DNA from: a virus
Taxonomy: Duplodnaviria > Caudoviricetes
Virus record (IMG/VR): IMGVR_UViG_3300005605_000002
Location: 844 to 64,843 of that record
Direction: 5' to 3' (one strand)
DNA: 64,000 bases
A program made the position numbers and the translations under genes. The notes beneath the pieces were generated by a model. That model searched no databases and was not told the origin of the DNA. It was given only the letters and a program-made list of their open reading frames with translations. Below, piece after piece: positions 1 to 9,106 of this stretch (position 1 is the stretch's first letter; every line of letters starts with the position of its first letter).

Positions 1-47
1 AGGTCAAAGATCAAATAGAAAAATTGGCAAAATTCATGAAAAAATAA
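1..47 (+). CDS. 3' end of an upstream gene (partial)
   Basis: Frame from nt 3 reads VKDQIEKLAKFMKK* with TAA at 45-47. Confidence 0.5.
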   Translation, partial: VKDQIEKLAKFMKK

Positions 48-50
48 TGC

Positions 51-78
51 TTGACTTATTGCTGTTTTCTGTTATAAT
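51..78 (+). promoter_or_regulatory. sigma70-type promoter
   Basis: TTGACT (51-56), 16 bp spacer, TGn-TATAAT extended -10 (73-78). Confidence 0.7.
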
Positions 79-129
79 TATAGAATAGTAAAGGTATAAA
101 AACACTTAGGCAAACAAAAGGACAAGACA

Positions 130-423
130 ATGAAGACATTTATGCTACTCTTAGCATTCACACTAACTGAACCAGATGGTACACAACGAGATGAAATTGT
201 GAATGTTCTTTCACGACACTTCGATTCAAAACCCGAATGTACTGAATTTGTTCTTGATTGGGAGGAAACTATTAGGTCACGTGGATTAGATGCTGTACAA
301 AATATGCTTAGAAAAGACTGGAAAGTTGAATTGACGCATATTGGTTGTGCAGAAAAACCCGACTTTAAAAAGATTACTTCTGTAGATCATCAAGTACAAG
401 AAGATCCTGAAATGGGAAGATAA
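130..423 (+). CDS. hypothetical protein with hydrophobic N-terminus
   Basis: 97 aa ORF, AAGGA SD, MKTFMLLLAFTL signal-like start; TAATG overlap with next gene. Confidence 0.7.
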   Translation: MKTFMLLLAFTLTEPDGTQRDEIVNVLSRHFDSKPECTEFVLDWEETIRSRGLDAVQNMLRKDWKVELTHIGCAEKPDFKKITSVDHQVQEDPEMGR

Positions 424-974
424 TGGAACGTATATATACAAGCGGTACAAAAACAGATGTAACATATTTTACTGGGTTTGAAGTAGAAAAAACTCCAGCA
501 TATGATATGGATACATTATTTGTAGTTGGTCCTCAACCCGTAGACGAAATTATTGATCAGGCTGAGCATTTCGGTTCTCAACACATTTATTTGGGTGCGA
601 ACCAAAGTTTTCATATAGATCTTATGCAACGACATCCGGGAGAAGTAGAGTTGTGGAATAAGATTATAAATCCTTTACTAGAAAAAAATTATTGGGTAAC
701 CTTAGATTATGATATTAAATATCATGAATGGGTACTTGATAATGATTGGAATTCAGAAGATAAATTTATTTCACAGATTAGCATAAAATTACCAGATATT
801 CATCATTTAAATTATAATGCTTGTATTAAACTCGATGATACAGACTTTAATCATAGCAATCCTGGTGTTTGGATACACCAAGTACATGATTTGATGGATC
901 GTAAAAAATTTACAGGTTGGGATTCGTACTCAAAAGACGAACCTGTAAAGGTTGACACAGAAACAAAAAGGTAG
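423..974 (+). CDS. hypothetical phage protein preceding QueD-like gene
   Basis: 183 aa ORF, translationally coupled; no motif I can assign. Confidence 0.75.
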   Translation: MERIYTSGTKTDVTYFTGFEVEKTPAYDMDTLFVVGPQPVDEIIDQAEHFGSQHIYLGANQSFHIDLMQRHPGEVELWNKIINPLLEKNYWVTLDYDIKYHEWVLDNDWNSEDKFISQISIKLPDIHHLNYNACIKLDDTDFNHSNPGVWIHQVHDLMDRKKFTGWDSYSKDEPVKVDTETKR

Positions 975-980
975 TATACT
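952..980 (+). promoter_or_regulatory. sigma70-type promoter
   Basis: TTGACA (952-957), 17 bp, TATACT (975-980). Confidence 0.7.
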
Positions 981-1397
981 ATGAGTACAATGGACACAAT
1001 AGGCAAAGAAAAAATTATGCGAACATCAAAACGTATGATCTGGGTTACATTCCGCAAAGAAGGGATACATAAGTATCCGGCGGCACTTGATGATCCAAAA
1101 TTAGCAACGGGAGATAAGTTTGATGTATCCTTTTTAGGATATCCACACAGACATATTTTTCATTTTAAAATAGCAATTACAGTATTCCATGATGATCGGG
1201 ATATTGAATTTATACAATTTAAAAGATGGTTGGAGGAACTATATGAAGGGGAACTAGATGTAGACTACAAATCTTGTGAGATGATGGCGGACGACTTATA
1301 TGAAAAAGTAGCTGACCGTTATCCAGGTAGAGAAGTACACATTGACATTTCTGAAGATGGTGAAAATGGTTGCCATGTTCAATATGCACATAGCTAA
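981..1397 (+). CDS. QueD/PTPS-like T-fold protein (real start possibly 990 or 1017)
   Basis: EGIH..., HRHIFH metal-binding His cluster, SCEMMA, EDGENG C-terminal strand; folE and queE nearby. Confidence 0.6.
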   Translation: MSTMDTIGKEKIMRTSKRMIWVTFRKEGIHKYPAALDDPKLATGDKFDVSFLGYPHRHIFHFKIAITVFHDDRDIEFIQFKRWLEELYEGELDVDYKSCEMMADDLYEKVADRYPGREVHIDISEDGENGCHVQYAHS

Positions 1398-1414
1398 ATG
1401 AAGGAGAACACATT

Positions 1415-1636
1415 GTGGGCTATTTTGCGAATCGACCCGACGTAGTACAGATCTTTGATGATCTAGATAAGTTAAGAGACTTTTGTCGCTTTGAAGGATA
1501 TAAGTTCGACGAACGCGATTTATATAACAAAAAGTCAAGAGTTTGGCAGGCATTTTTAGATCCTGAAAAAGCTCGAAGAGAAAGAGCGGCTAGAAGCCGT
1601 CAACGAAGGAATAAACATAACCATAGGAAATCATAA
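1415..1636 (+). CDS. small basic hypothetical protein
   Basis: AAGGAG SD, GTG start, Arg-rich tail. Confidence 0.7.
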   Translation: MGYFANRPDVVQIFDDLDKLRDFCRFEGYKFDERDLYNKKSRVWQAFLDPEKARRERAARSRQRRNKHNHRKS

Positions 1637-1638
1637 GC

Positions 1639-2700
1639 ATGACAATTTTTATAGTAGATATTGAAGCAGTTGATACACGTTATACAAAACAATGGAAAGA
1701 ACATCTTCCAGTACAACTTCAAAATTCTACTGGTGCAAATGATATTACTGTGGAAGTTATTTCCGGTGGAGAGACCCCTCAGGCTACAACGCCTGGGGCC
1801 TTTCTTAATTTTGGTGGGACTAATGTTTATAAAAGTAAACAATTAGAAACAATAGGCGAAATGTTTTGTGCAGGAAAAGTTAAAGATAATGATTATTTCC
1901 TTTATACTGATGCTTGGAATCCTACAGTTATACAACTGCGTTATATGGCAGAACTATTAGGTATTAATATTCGCATTGGTGGTCTTTGGCATGCGGGTAG
2001 TTATGACCCGGCAGACTTTTTAGGCAGATTGATTGGCGATAGACCTTGGGTTAGACATGCTGAAAAAAGTATGTATGAATGTTATAACGATAACTTTTTT
2101 GCTACAGATTTTCATATCGATATGTTTTTAAATACATTTCATGATGTTGATAAAACAAAAACACATCGTGTAGGTTGGCCTATGGAATATCTAGCACATA
2201 GTTTAGATAGTTATAAAAATATGCCTAAAGAAAATTTAATTCTTTTTCCACATAGAATCGCACCAGAAAAGCAACCAGATATATTTAGAGAATTAAAAAC
2301 AGAATTACCTGATTATGAATTCATTGTATGTCAAGATCAACAACTTACAAAAAATGAATATCACAACTTGTTAGGTCGTGCTAAAATTGTGTTTAGTGCT
2401 AACTTACAAGAAACATTAGGTATTAGTTGGTATGAAGGTGCATTGGTTGATACAATTCCAATGGTTCCAGATCGATTAAGTTATAAAGAAATGGGACTAC
2501 CAGCATTTAAATATCCATCAGAATGGACTACAACATTTAAATCTTATACGCACCATAAAGCAGAAGTTAGAGAAAGAATTATTGACTATATTGAAAATTA
2601 CGATAAGTATCTTCCTTTAATACAAAAGCAGGTTGCTAAATTGAAAACAGATTATTTTAGCGGTAAAAAACTTTATAAGGAAATATGTAATGACAATTGA
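1639..2700 (+). CDS. GT-B fold glycosyltransferase (GT4-like)
   Basis: PHRIAPEKQP and ETLGISWYEG (E-x7-E) C-terminal motifs. Confidence 0.7.
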   Translation: MTIFIVDIEAVDTRYTKQWKEHLPVQLQNSTGANDITVEVISGGETPQATTPGAFLNFGGTNVYKSKQLETIGEMFCAGKVKDNDYFLYTDAWNPTVIQLRYMAELLGINIRIGGLWHAGSYDPADFLGRLIGDRPWVRHAEKSMYECYNDNFFATDFHIDMFLNTFHDVDKTKTHRVGWPMEYLAHSLDSYKNMPKENLILFPHRIAPEKQPDIFRELKTELPDYEFIVCQDQQLTKNEYHNLLGRAKIVFSANLQETLGISWYEGALVDTIPMVPDRLSYKEMGLPAFKYPSEWTTTFKSYTHHKAEVRERIIDYIENYDKYLPLIQKQVAKLKTDYFSGKKLYKEICNDN

Positions 2701-3037
2701 TACAAAAATCTTACCAAAAACACCTATTAACATATCATATGATACTAAGCCTTCCATAGCTTCAATTGATAACGAGTATACTATTTCATTTGATAGTACT
2801 ACAATGGTTGATAATCCATCTAGTACTGTTACATATAATAATAGTTCACCTATTAGTATAAACTTAAATGATGATCCATTAGGTACTGAATGGACTAGAA
2901 AGATGTTTGATTGGCCATCGGAAGTAGTTATTAAAGATATGATTACTAAGTACCCTGGTCTTAAAGTACAATATGAAAAATTTATGACTGTATATAACTT
3001 AGTTAAAGATGATTACACATATGAAGGCGACGAATGA
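2690..3037 (+). CDS. hypothetical protein
   Basis: 115 aa, Ser/Thr-rich N-half, overlaps neighbours. Confidence 0.65.
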   Translation: MTIDTKILPKTPINISYDTKPSIASIDNEYTISFDSTTMVDNPSSTVTYNNSSPISINLNDDPLGTEWTRKMFDWPSEVVIKDMITKYPGLKVQYEKFMTVYNLVKDDYTYEGDE

Positions 3038-3474
3038 TTAAGTGGTTTAAAAATAGAAAAAGAATTATATACGACCGTAATCATAAAAAAGACTATTTGA
3101 TTCGGTATTACTTGTTCTTGAAAGATCGAAAGAAGTTCCCGTTTAATGTAACATTACATAAAATTTTAAAAAGTGATGTAGACGATTTACATGATCATCC
3201 ATGGAATTATTCTACATTAATTTTAAAAGGTGGATATTACGAACATACACCTGAAGGTAAATTTTGGCGTGGTCCAGGACACTTTCGTAGATCTAAAGCA
3301 ACTGATTTACACCGTCTTGAATTACAACGAGATAAAGACGGAAATGAAATTCCGTGTTGGTCATTGTTTATTATGGGCAAACAGCAACGAGAATGGGGAT
3401 TCATAAAAGCAATAAAAGGTAGATATACTTGGATACATAATGACAAGTACTTAAAGGAAAAATACGACTTATGA
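3034..3474 (+). CDS. cupin-like protein
   Basis: LHDHPW...GGYYEH...LHRL metal-binding cupin pattern. Confidence 0.6.
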   Translation: MIKWFKNRKRIIYDRNHKKDYLIRYYLFLKDRKKFPFNVTLHKILKSDVDDLHDHPWNYSTLILKGGYYEHTPEGKFWRGPGHFRRSKATDLHRLELQRDKDGNEIPCWSLFIMGKQQREWGFIKAIKGRYTWIHNDKYLKEKYDL

Positions 3475-4172
3475 TTGTAAATAAATATATAAACGACCAA
3501 GTTACAGTATATGATGATGTATTTTCTATTGAAAAAATTAGAGAACTAGAAGTAGAAAATTCAAGTTTACTTTTTAGTTTTGGAGCATATGATAATAAAG
3601 AAAATCCTGTTCCAACAGGACTGGCTTGTGAAGGAATAACACATACAGAAACTTTTAAATTGTTATGGAAGTTTTGTGAAGAACATTGTCCAGAACTTAA
3701 CGGACTAGCTCTTTTTAAATCTTCTTGCAATATCTTTGCACCTAGCGAAAACGCATACTATCATATTGATGATAGTGACCCAAAAGCAATGACACTATTA
3801 TTTTATCCACAAACTTTTTGGGATATTAATGAAGGAGGTGAAACTAAAATTTTAATAGATCCTAAAAAGATTATTCATAGTATAGCACCGATTCCAGGAC
3901 GTATTATGACGTTCCCAGGTACAATGTCGCATACAGCAACAGGGTTACGAGGTAGACAACGTTTTACACCTACATTAAAGTTTGTGTCACAAGAGGTGAT
4001 GAACAAGCGAAGAGACGAGTGGCTTAAAACACCTTTAAAATATCCAGGTAATGGAATAGAAGGTCGTACACCAAACGATAAAATAAAGATTGTAAAATGC
4101 AAGAAACAAGAACCTAAAAATAGATTAGAACAAATGGCATCATTAACTCATGATCCAATTGCTCATTGTTAA
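3471..4172 (+). CDS. 2OG-Fe(II) oxygenase
   Basis: HxD (YHIDD), GGET, distal H (MSHTA), R of RFT. Confidence 0.8.
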   Translation: MIVNKYINDQVTVYDDVFSIEKIRELEVENSSLLFSFGAYDNKENPVPTGLACEGITHTETFKLLWKFCEEHCPELNGLALFKSSCNIFAPSENAYYHIDDSDPKAMTLLFYPQTFWDINEGGETKILIDPKKIIHSIAPIPGRIMTFPGTMSHTATGLRGRQRFTPTLKFVSQEVMNKRRDEWLKTPLKYPGNGIEGRTPNDKIKIVKCKKQEPKNRLEQMASLTHDPIAHC

Positions 4173-4181
4173 GGATTATAA

Positions 4182-4664
4182 ATGATTAAAAAACATTACT
4201 ACAGTTGGACTAACATAGAAAATATGTGCAAACAAATTGTGCTTGGTATGTACAAAGATAAATGGATACCTGATTACATTGTAGGTATTACAAGAGGTGG
4301 AAACATACCTGCGGCTATATTAAGTAATATGTTAGATATTAGATGCGAATCATTAAAAGTTGCATTACGTGATCATAAAAGAAAAAATGAATCTAATACA
4401 TGGATGGCTGAAGATGCTGTTGCAAAAAGAAAAAATATTTTAGTAGTAGACGACATTAATGATACAGGTGCTACATTTAAATGGATTAAACATGATTGGT
4501 GTATTAATGATAATATGGACAATGTTCGCTTTGCAGTTTTAACTGAAAATTTATCAAGTGAGTTTGAGGAAGTTAAGTATTGGGCTCATGAAGTAAACAA
4601 AGCTGAAGAAGATGTATGGTTAGTATATCCATGGGAGAATGTTGGAAGTTATAAAGATGACTAA
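4182..4664 (+). CDS. type I phosphoribosyltransferase (Gpt/Hpt-like)
   Basis: VGITRGG, PRPP loop VVDDINDTGAT, C-terminal YPWE. Confidence 0.85.
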   Translation: MIKKHYYSWTNIENMCKQIVLGMYKDKWIPDYIVGITRGGNIPAAILSNMLDIRCESLKVALRDHKRKNESNTWMAEDAVAKRKNILVVDDINDTGATFKWIKHDWCINDNMDNVRFAVLTENLSSEFEEVKYWAHEVNKAEEDVWLVYPWENVGSYKDD

Positions 4665-4875
4665 TGTTGTACAATTTACTAAAAAGAAAGAAGTTTTCGT
4701 TTTAAAGTTTAAAACAAGTGATGTGATTTCATTTACTAAAGATGATTCACATAATGATATAATGTTAGAAGTACAACAAAATAAAGGTACTGCATGGGTA
4801 CCAGCACTTAATCGTAATGAAGCCCGTAAACGATTACATTCAATGATGAGTGTACTTGAGTGGGAAGAGGAGTAA
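4657..4875 (+). CDS. hypothetical protein
   Basis: ATG at 4657 overlapping PRTase end; fills the gap in the operon. Confidence 0.6.
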   Translation: MTNVVQFTKKKEVFVLKFKTSDVISFTKDDSHNDIMLEVQQNKGTAWVPALNRNEARKRLHSMMSVLEWEEE

Positions 4876-4877
4876 CA

Positions 4878-5270
4878 ATGGAATTAACTGAAACGCCGTG
4901 GTATAAATCTGGAGAAGTTGTAATTGATACACGACACTTTATTGTATATAAAGACAAATATCCTGTTACTGAAGGCCATGTCCTTATCGTGCCTAAGACA
5001 CGTGACTGGCCAGGATTAGAAAAGGCTTACAAGGCCGCTTACCAATGGGGATATGATTGGGTAGAAAGAGGTTATTGTGATGCTTTTAATATTGGTCAGA
5101 ATTGTGGAGAAGCCGCTGGACAAACAATTGACTATCCGCACATTCATTTAATTCCTAGACGTAAATCAGATATGAAAGACCCAACAGGTGGTGTACGCCA
5201 TGCTATTCCAGAAAAAGGCAATTATAAGAAACACGAACCAGACCCCCAACAAATGAGGTTGTTTGAATGA
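4878..5270 (+). CDS. HIT family nucleotide hydrolase
   Basis: DKYPVTEGHVLIVPK, AGQT, histidine triad PHIHLIPR; GAGGAG SD before ATG 4878. Confidence 0.9.
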   Translation: MELTETPWYKSGEVVIDTRHFIVYKDKYPVTEGHVLIVPKTRDWPGLEKAYKAAYQWGYDWVERGYCDAFNIGQNCGEAAGQTIDYPHIHLIPRRKSDMKDPTGGVRHAIPEKGNYKKHEPDPQQMRLFE

Positions 5271-6145
5271 GAATTGCCGCACTAGGTTGTAGTCATACTT
5301 GTGGATATCATATAGCTAATATGCCTGCTGATGATAATACACCATTAAATTATGAAACTTGGCCATTCTCAGGTAGATGGAATGATAACAACTGGGCTGA
5401 ATATTATATTAATAGTAAAGACGCTGACGGTGTTATATTTGCAAACCCTTCTAACGGTTGGTGGGAATATAGCGAGTGGTTAACTTTCCTTTTTAGAAAA
5501 TATGATGATATTAAAGAAGTTATAGTACAAAACACATACTGGAATCGTTTTAGAGTTACTTGGGTAGAACCACCGGACTATGAGAACATTATTCAATTAG
5601 AAGATTTATTTTTTAAAGAAACAACAAAAGGAAAGATCGATTGTTGGAGTAAACACATGTCAAAACAAGAACGTAACTTATCATTGTTTAAAGCATTTGA
5701 TATGCCGTTACAAGTCCATGCAATTGATATGCAAAAGAAACCAGAATTAGAAATAGAAACGAAACCATCCTTTCATTGGAAGACTCCGGACTTAAGAGAT
5801 ACTTCATATATGCAAGTAAAAACTTGGATGGAAATTTACAGTTTAAAGAACCAACGAGAATGGTTTAAAGAAATGTATATTTTACAAACTCTTTGTAAAG
5901 AATACGGAGCCGAACTAAAGCTGTTCGGACTAAATGACTTAACTTGGATACCACCTCAAATGAACGACTTTTATACATTTGATACTATGCAAGTTGCAAA
6001 AGATTCTGTAAACGATTGGTTTTTACAGAATAAACAGATTGATGTTTCGAAGCATACCAAGGATGGTGAACATTTAAATGAAGAAATTCACCGCATGATT
6101 GCTTTAGAATATCTACCATCGCAATTTAAAAAAGGAGAAGTATAA
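5267..6145 (+). CDS. SGNH/GDSL-like protein
   Basis: N-terminal LGCSHT, C-terminal DGEH (DxxH). Confidence 0.55.
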   Translation: MRIAALGCSHTCGYHIANMPADDNTPLNYETWPFSGRWNDNNWAEYYINSKDADGVIFANPSNGWWEYSEWLTFLFRKYDDIKEVIVQNTYWNRFRVTWVEPPDYENIIQLEDLFFKETTKGKIDCWSKHMSKQERNLSLFKAFDMPLQVHAIDMQKKPELEIETKPSFHWKTPDLRDTSYMQVKTWMEIYSLKNQREWFKEMYILQTLCKEYGAELKLFGLNDLTWIPPQMNDFYTFDTMQVAKDSVNDWFLQNKQIDVSKHTKDGEHLNEEIHRMIALEYLPSQFKKGEV

Positions 6146-6342
6146 TGCGAGATAAACTCTTAAACGCCTTTAAGGCGCAAATGGAGGGTAATATTGCCAA
6201 GTCAGTAGCGAATGTTGAGGTATTACTTACCAATCCTACTGGAGTAGGAGACCATCCGGATGTAATCGGTACTATTGGTACTGAGATGGAAAACATTGCC
6301 AAGTATAATGATATGCTAGAAATGGCTAACAAACATTTTTAA
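6145..6342 (+). CDS. small hypothetical protein
   Basis: AGGAG SD, TAATG coupling, helical hairpin with GVGDHPD. Confidence 0.75.
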   Translation: MRDKLLNAFKAQMEGNIAKSVANVEVLLTNPTGVGDHPDVIGTIGTEMENIAKYNDMLEMANKHF

Positions 6343-6347
6343 AGTAC

Positions 6348-6376
6348 TTGACAATAACCTAAATATACAGTATAAT
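6348..6376 (+). promoter_or_regulatory. consensus sigma70 promoter for folE-queE
   Basis: TTGACA (6348-6353), 17 bp, TATAAT (6371-6376). Confidence 0.85.
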
Positions 6377-6424
6377 AGTATATTAATTAATGGCAATCCA
6401 CTGCCTTAACATCGGAGAACAGAT

Positions 6425-7105
6425 TTGGAAAAGATAAGTGATATAATAAGACAACGTCTAGTAAAAGCAGGTGAACGGTTTCATTCCAACGATAACATTA
6501 GTAAGTTTGTACACGAAGGAGAAATAGCTTTACTGCAAGATGAAGTCGCAGAGGCATTTCGTGATGTATTAGACGCACTAGTAATTGATACTGAACACGA
6601 TCATAATACCAACGATACTGCTAGACGAGTAGCAAAGATGTATGTCAGAGAAATATTTTCTGGCAGATTTAAACCTAGACCTGCTATTACTAGTTTTCCA
6701 AATATGGGTTACAAATCACTGTACACGAGTGGGCCTATAAGTATTAGGTCCACTTGTGCCCACCATTTTCAGAATATTGTAGGTAATGCATGGATAGGTA
6801 TTGTACCTGAAGAAGAAGTTATTGGTCTTAGTAAGTTTAATAGACTAGTACACCATATTGCAGAACGCCCACAAATACAAGAAGAAATGACGACTGAGAT
6901 TGCAAACGAATTAGTTAGGTTTGCAAAAACACCTAATGTAGCAGTAGTAGTAAAAGCAGAACATCATTGCATGACACAACGTGGAGTTAAAGAACACGAG
7001 AGTGATATGACTACTGCTATTATGCTTGGTGCATTTAGCGAAGATCCAGCACTAAAACAAGAATTTTATGACATCTGTTTAAGCATGAAAGGACATTCAA
7101 AATGA
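6425..7105 (+). CDS. folE: GTP cyclohydrolase I
   Basis: TARRVAKMY, STCAHH, GLSKFNR, RPQIQE, HHCMTQRGV; TTG start after GGAG. Confidence 0.95.
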   Translation: MEKISDIIRQRLVKAGERFHSNDNISKFVHEGEIALLQDEVAEAFRDVLDALVIDTEHDHNTNDTARRVAKMYVREIFSGRFKPRPAITSFPNMGYKSLYTSGPISIRSTCAHHFQNIVGNAWIGIVPEEEVIGLSKFNRLVHHIAERPQIQEEMTTEIANELVRFAKTPNVAVVVKAEHHCMTQRGVKEHESDMTTAIMLGAFSEDPALKQEFYDICLSMKGHSK

Positions 7106-7260
7106 GTGTATCACCTGTCAGAGAGTTTTGGGATCGTAAAGTGGACAAAGCAATACAAATGTTTGAGTATGGGGCTTGGACAGAAGAAAAGTTTTTGGAC
7201 GAGATGTCCAGATTAGGCTACGATAAGGCTGTTATAAGGGAGAAGATATATGAAGGCTAG
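7102..7260 (+). CDS. 52 aa hypothetical protein (not in supplied ORF track)
   Basis: MSVSPVREFWDRKVDKAIQMFEYGAWTEEKFLDEMSRLGYDKAVIREKIYEG*; ATGA overlap with folE stop, AGGA SD, overlaps queE start. Confidence 0.7.
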   Translation: MSVSPVREFWDRKVDKAIQMFEYGAWTEEKFLDEMSRLGYDKAVIREKIYEG

Positions 7261-8116
7261 AGTATGCGAATCATTCTATAGTGTACAAGGCGAGGGTAGA
7301 TTTGTTGGTGTACCGTCGGTATTTTTACGTATGTTTGGTTGTAATTTTAAATGCCGTGGTTTTGGTATGCCACGTGGTGAATTGGCGAATGACTATGATC
7401 TAATTGCTAAGGACCACCAGGAAAACCCGGATAAGTACAAAGTATTGAAAGATTTGCCATTAGTGCATACAGGTTGTGATAGTTATGCATCATGGGATCC
7501 TAGATTTAAGAAGTTTACTACGGATTATCAACTAGATGAGCTAGTTGAAGAATTACTTTCTCTTACACCAGAAGGCAAATGGACTTGCGATAATGGGCAA
7601 GATATCCACCTAGTAATAACAGGGGGTGAACCATTGCTTGGTTGGCAAAGGATGTACATCGAGCTATTTGAACATCCTCGAATGGAGGATTTAAAAAATG
7701 TTACATTTGAAACGAACACAACGCAAGAACTTAGAGATGATTTCAAAGACTACATCTCAACTAAAGCTAGATTTCATACAACTTGGTCTTGCTCTCCGAA
7801 ACTTAGTGTCAGTGGCGAGCTATGGAGTGATGCTATCAAGCCTGAAATTGCTAATTCATATTATACTGTACCCAATACTCACTTGTATCTTAAATTTGTG
7901 GTTGCTGATAAAGTCGACGTCGACGAAGTTGAAAAAGCGGTTGCCGAGTATAGAGATGCTAAAGTGGAATGTCCAGTATACTGTATGGCGGTGGGTGGAT
8001 GCTATGAAGAGTATCAAGAAAACGCCAAAACCGTTGCCACCCTTGCCATGGGGAGGGGATGGAGGTATACCCCGAGACTACACGTCGACATCTTCGGAAA
8101 CAGTTGGGGAACCTAA
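7250..8116 (+). CDS. queE: 7-carboxy-7-deazaguanine synthase (radical SAM)
   Basis: ESFYSVQGEG, VFLRMFGCNFKC, GCDS, ITGGEPL, FETN, CSPK, PRLH. Confidence 0.9.
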   Translation: MKARVCESFYSVQGEGRFVGVPSVFLRMFGCNFKCRGFGMPRGELANDYDLIAKDHQENPDKYKVLKDLPLVHTGCDSYASWDPRFKKFTTDYQLDELVEELLSLTPEGKWTCDNGQDIHLVITGGEPLLGWQRMYIELFEHPRMEDLKNVTFETNTTQELRDDFKDYISTKARFHTTWSCSPKLSVSGELWSDAIKPEIANSYYTVPNTHLYLKFVVADKVDVDEVEKAVAEYRDAKVECPVYCMAVGGCYEEYQENAKTVATLAMGRGWRYTPRLHVDIFGNSWGT

Positions 8117-8167
8117 ACTTAAGACAGAAATTGAGCTTAATAAACTTAGAGAATCAGGAATATAACT

Positions 8168-8539
8168 ATGTTAGATAAACTAAAAAACTTAATGTCCAAA
8201 ACAACAAATAAACCTAAAGAAAAATCAAGGCTTGAGTTGTTAATGGCTGAAAAGAAAGCGGCTCAAAAAGCTAAGAAGCCTTGGGTAGCAGTTTTAGATA
8301 CTCATGTAAATGAAAAAGATATTAAAAATGGATTCTTTGAACTTGATTGGAACAATGAATTTATTGAACAACTATTAGATGCCGGATACACGGGTGAAAC
8401 AAACGAACAAATTGTTGACGGCTGGTTTAAAGATGTTGCAAGAAATATTCTTAAAGATCAAGGTCAAGATACATCACGAGGTGCTGGATATATTAATGTA
8501 GGCAATGTTAATAAAGACGGTAAAAGTGAAGTATCTTAA
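8168..8539 (+). CDS. hypothetical phage protein
   Basis: 123 aa, AGGA SD. Confidence 0.75.
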   Translation: MLDKLKNLMSKTTNKPKEKSRLELLMAEKKAAQKAKKPWVAVLDTHVNEKDIKNGFFELDWNNEFIEQLLDAGYTGETNEQIVDGWFKDVARNILKDQGQDTSRGAGYINVGNVNKDGKSEVS

Positions 8540-8548
8540 TAAATATAA

Positions 8549-9043
8549 ATGAAGTCTAAGAAACTAGAAGATCTACAAGAAAATGGCTTATGGTTAGTTA
8601 TGCACCCTGTACAACGTATGGGCTGGGAAGCTGATCAAATGTTTCCTTGGTTAGGTGCAGAAATGGTACGTATGAGTCAACGTATAAACTACTACTTAAG
8701 ACCTTGTCATCATAAGTTTATTGTTATAAATGACGATGATGATACTATATCTACATTTTCAAATTATCCTCATATGAAAACACTATCGAAATTAAACCGT
8801 TATTGTATTAAGAACGATATTACAAAACTAATATATACAGGATTTCATTATGGTGTATGTTTATTAAGTGAAAAAGAAGTAGGCATGGAAGCTATAAAAA
8901 TCCACAATAGAAGTAGTCATAGAACTTGGCATCCATATGAGATGTTTGTTAAACGTGAGTTAACTATGATAGGGCCAGGTGCTGACGAAGATAGTTGGAG
9001 TAGTGCTGACTATGAAACGGAAAAGTTTGCTCAAATTATTTAG
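8549..9043 (+). CDS. hypothetical protein, possibly isochorismatase/cysteine-hydrolase-like fold
   Basis: ITKLIYTGFHYGVCL resembles the G-x4-C motif of the family. Confidence 0.45.
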   Translation: MKSKKLEDLQENGLWLVMHPVQRMGWEADQMFPWLGAEMVRMSQRINYYLRPCHHKFIVINDDDDTISTFSNYPHMKTLSKLNRYCIKNDITKLIYTGFHYGVCLLSEKEVGMEAIKIHNRSSHRTWHPYEMFVKRELTMIGPGADEDSWSSADYETEKFAQII

Positions 9044-9044
9044 G

Positions 9045-9073
9045 TTGACAAACAATAATAAATGCGTTATACT
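9045..9073 (+). promoter_or_regulatory. sigma70-type promoter
   Basis: TTGACA (9045-9050), 17 bp, TATACT (9068-9073). Confidence 0.8.
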
Positions 9074-9106
9074 ATTAAAAAATAAAGATAAGGTGAAATA
9101 TACACA

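Noticed and set aside
851-6332. Short minus-strand ORFs opposite the + strand operon
   Set aside because: Antisense shadows of coupled, motif-bearing genes; no SD or recognisable features
7698-8165. 155 aa alternate-frame ORF overlapping queE
   Set aside because: Lies mostly within a well-supported gene and has no motifs; only its last 16 codons are kept as a weak finding
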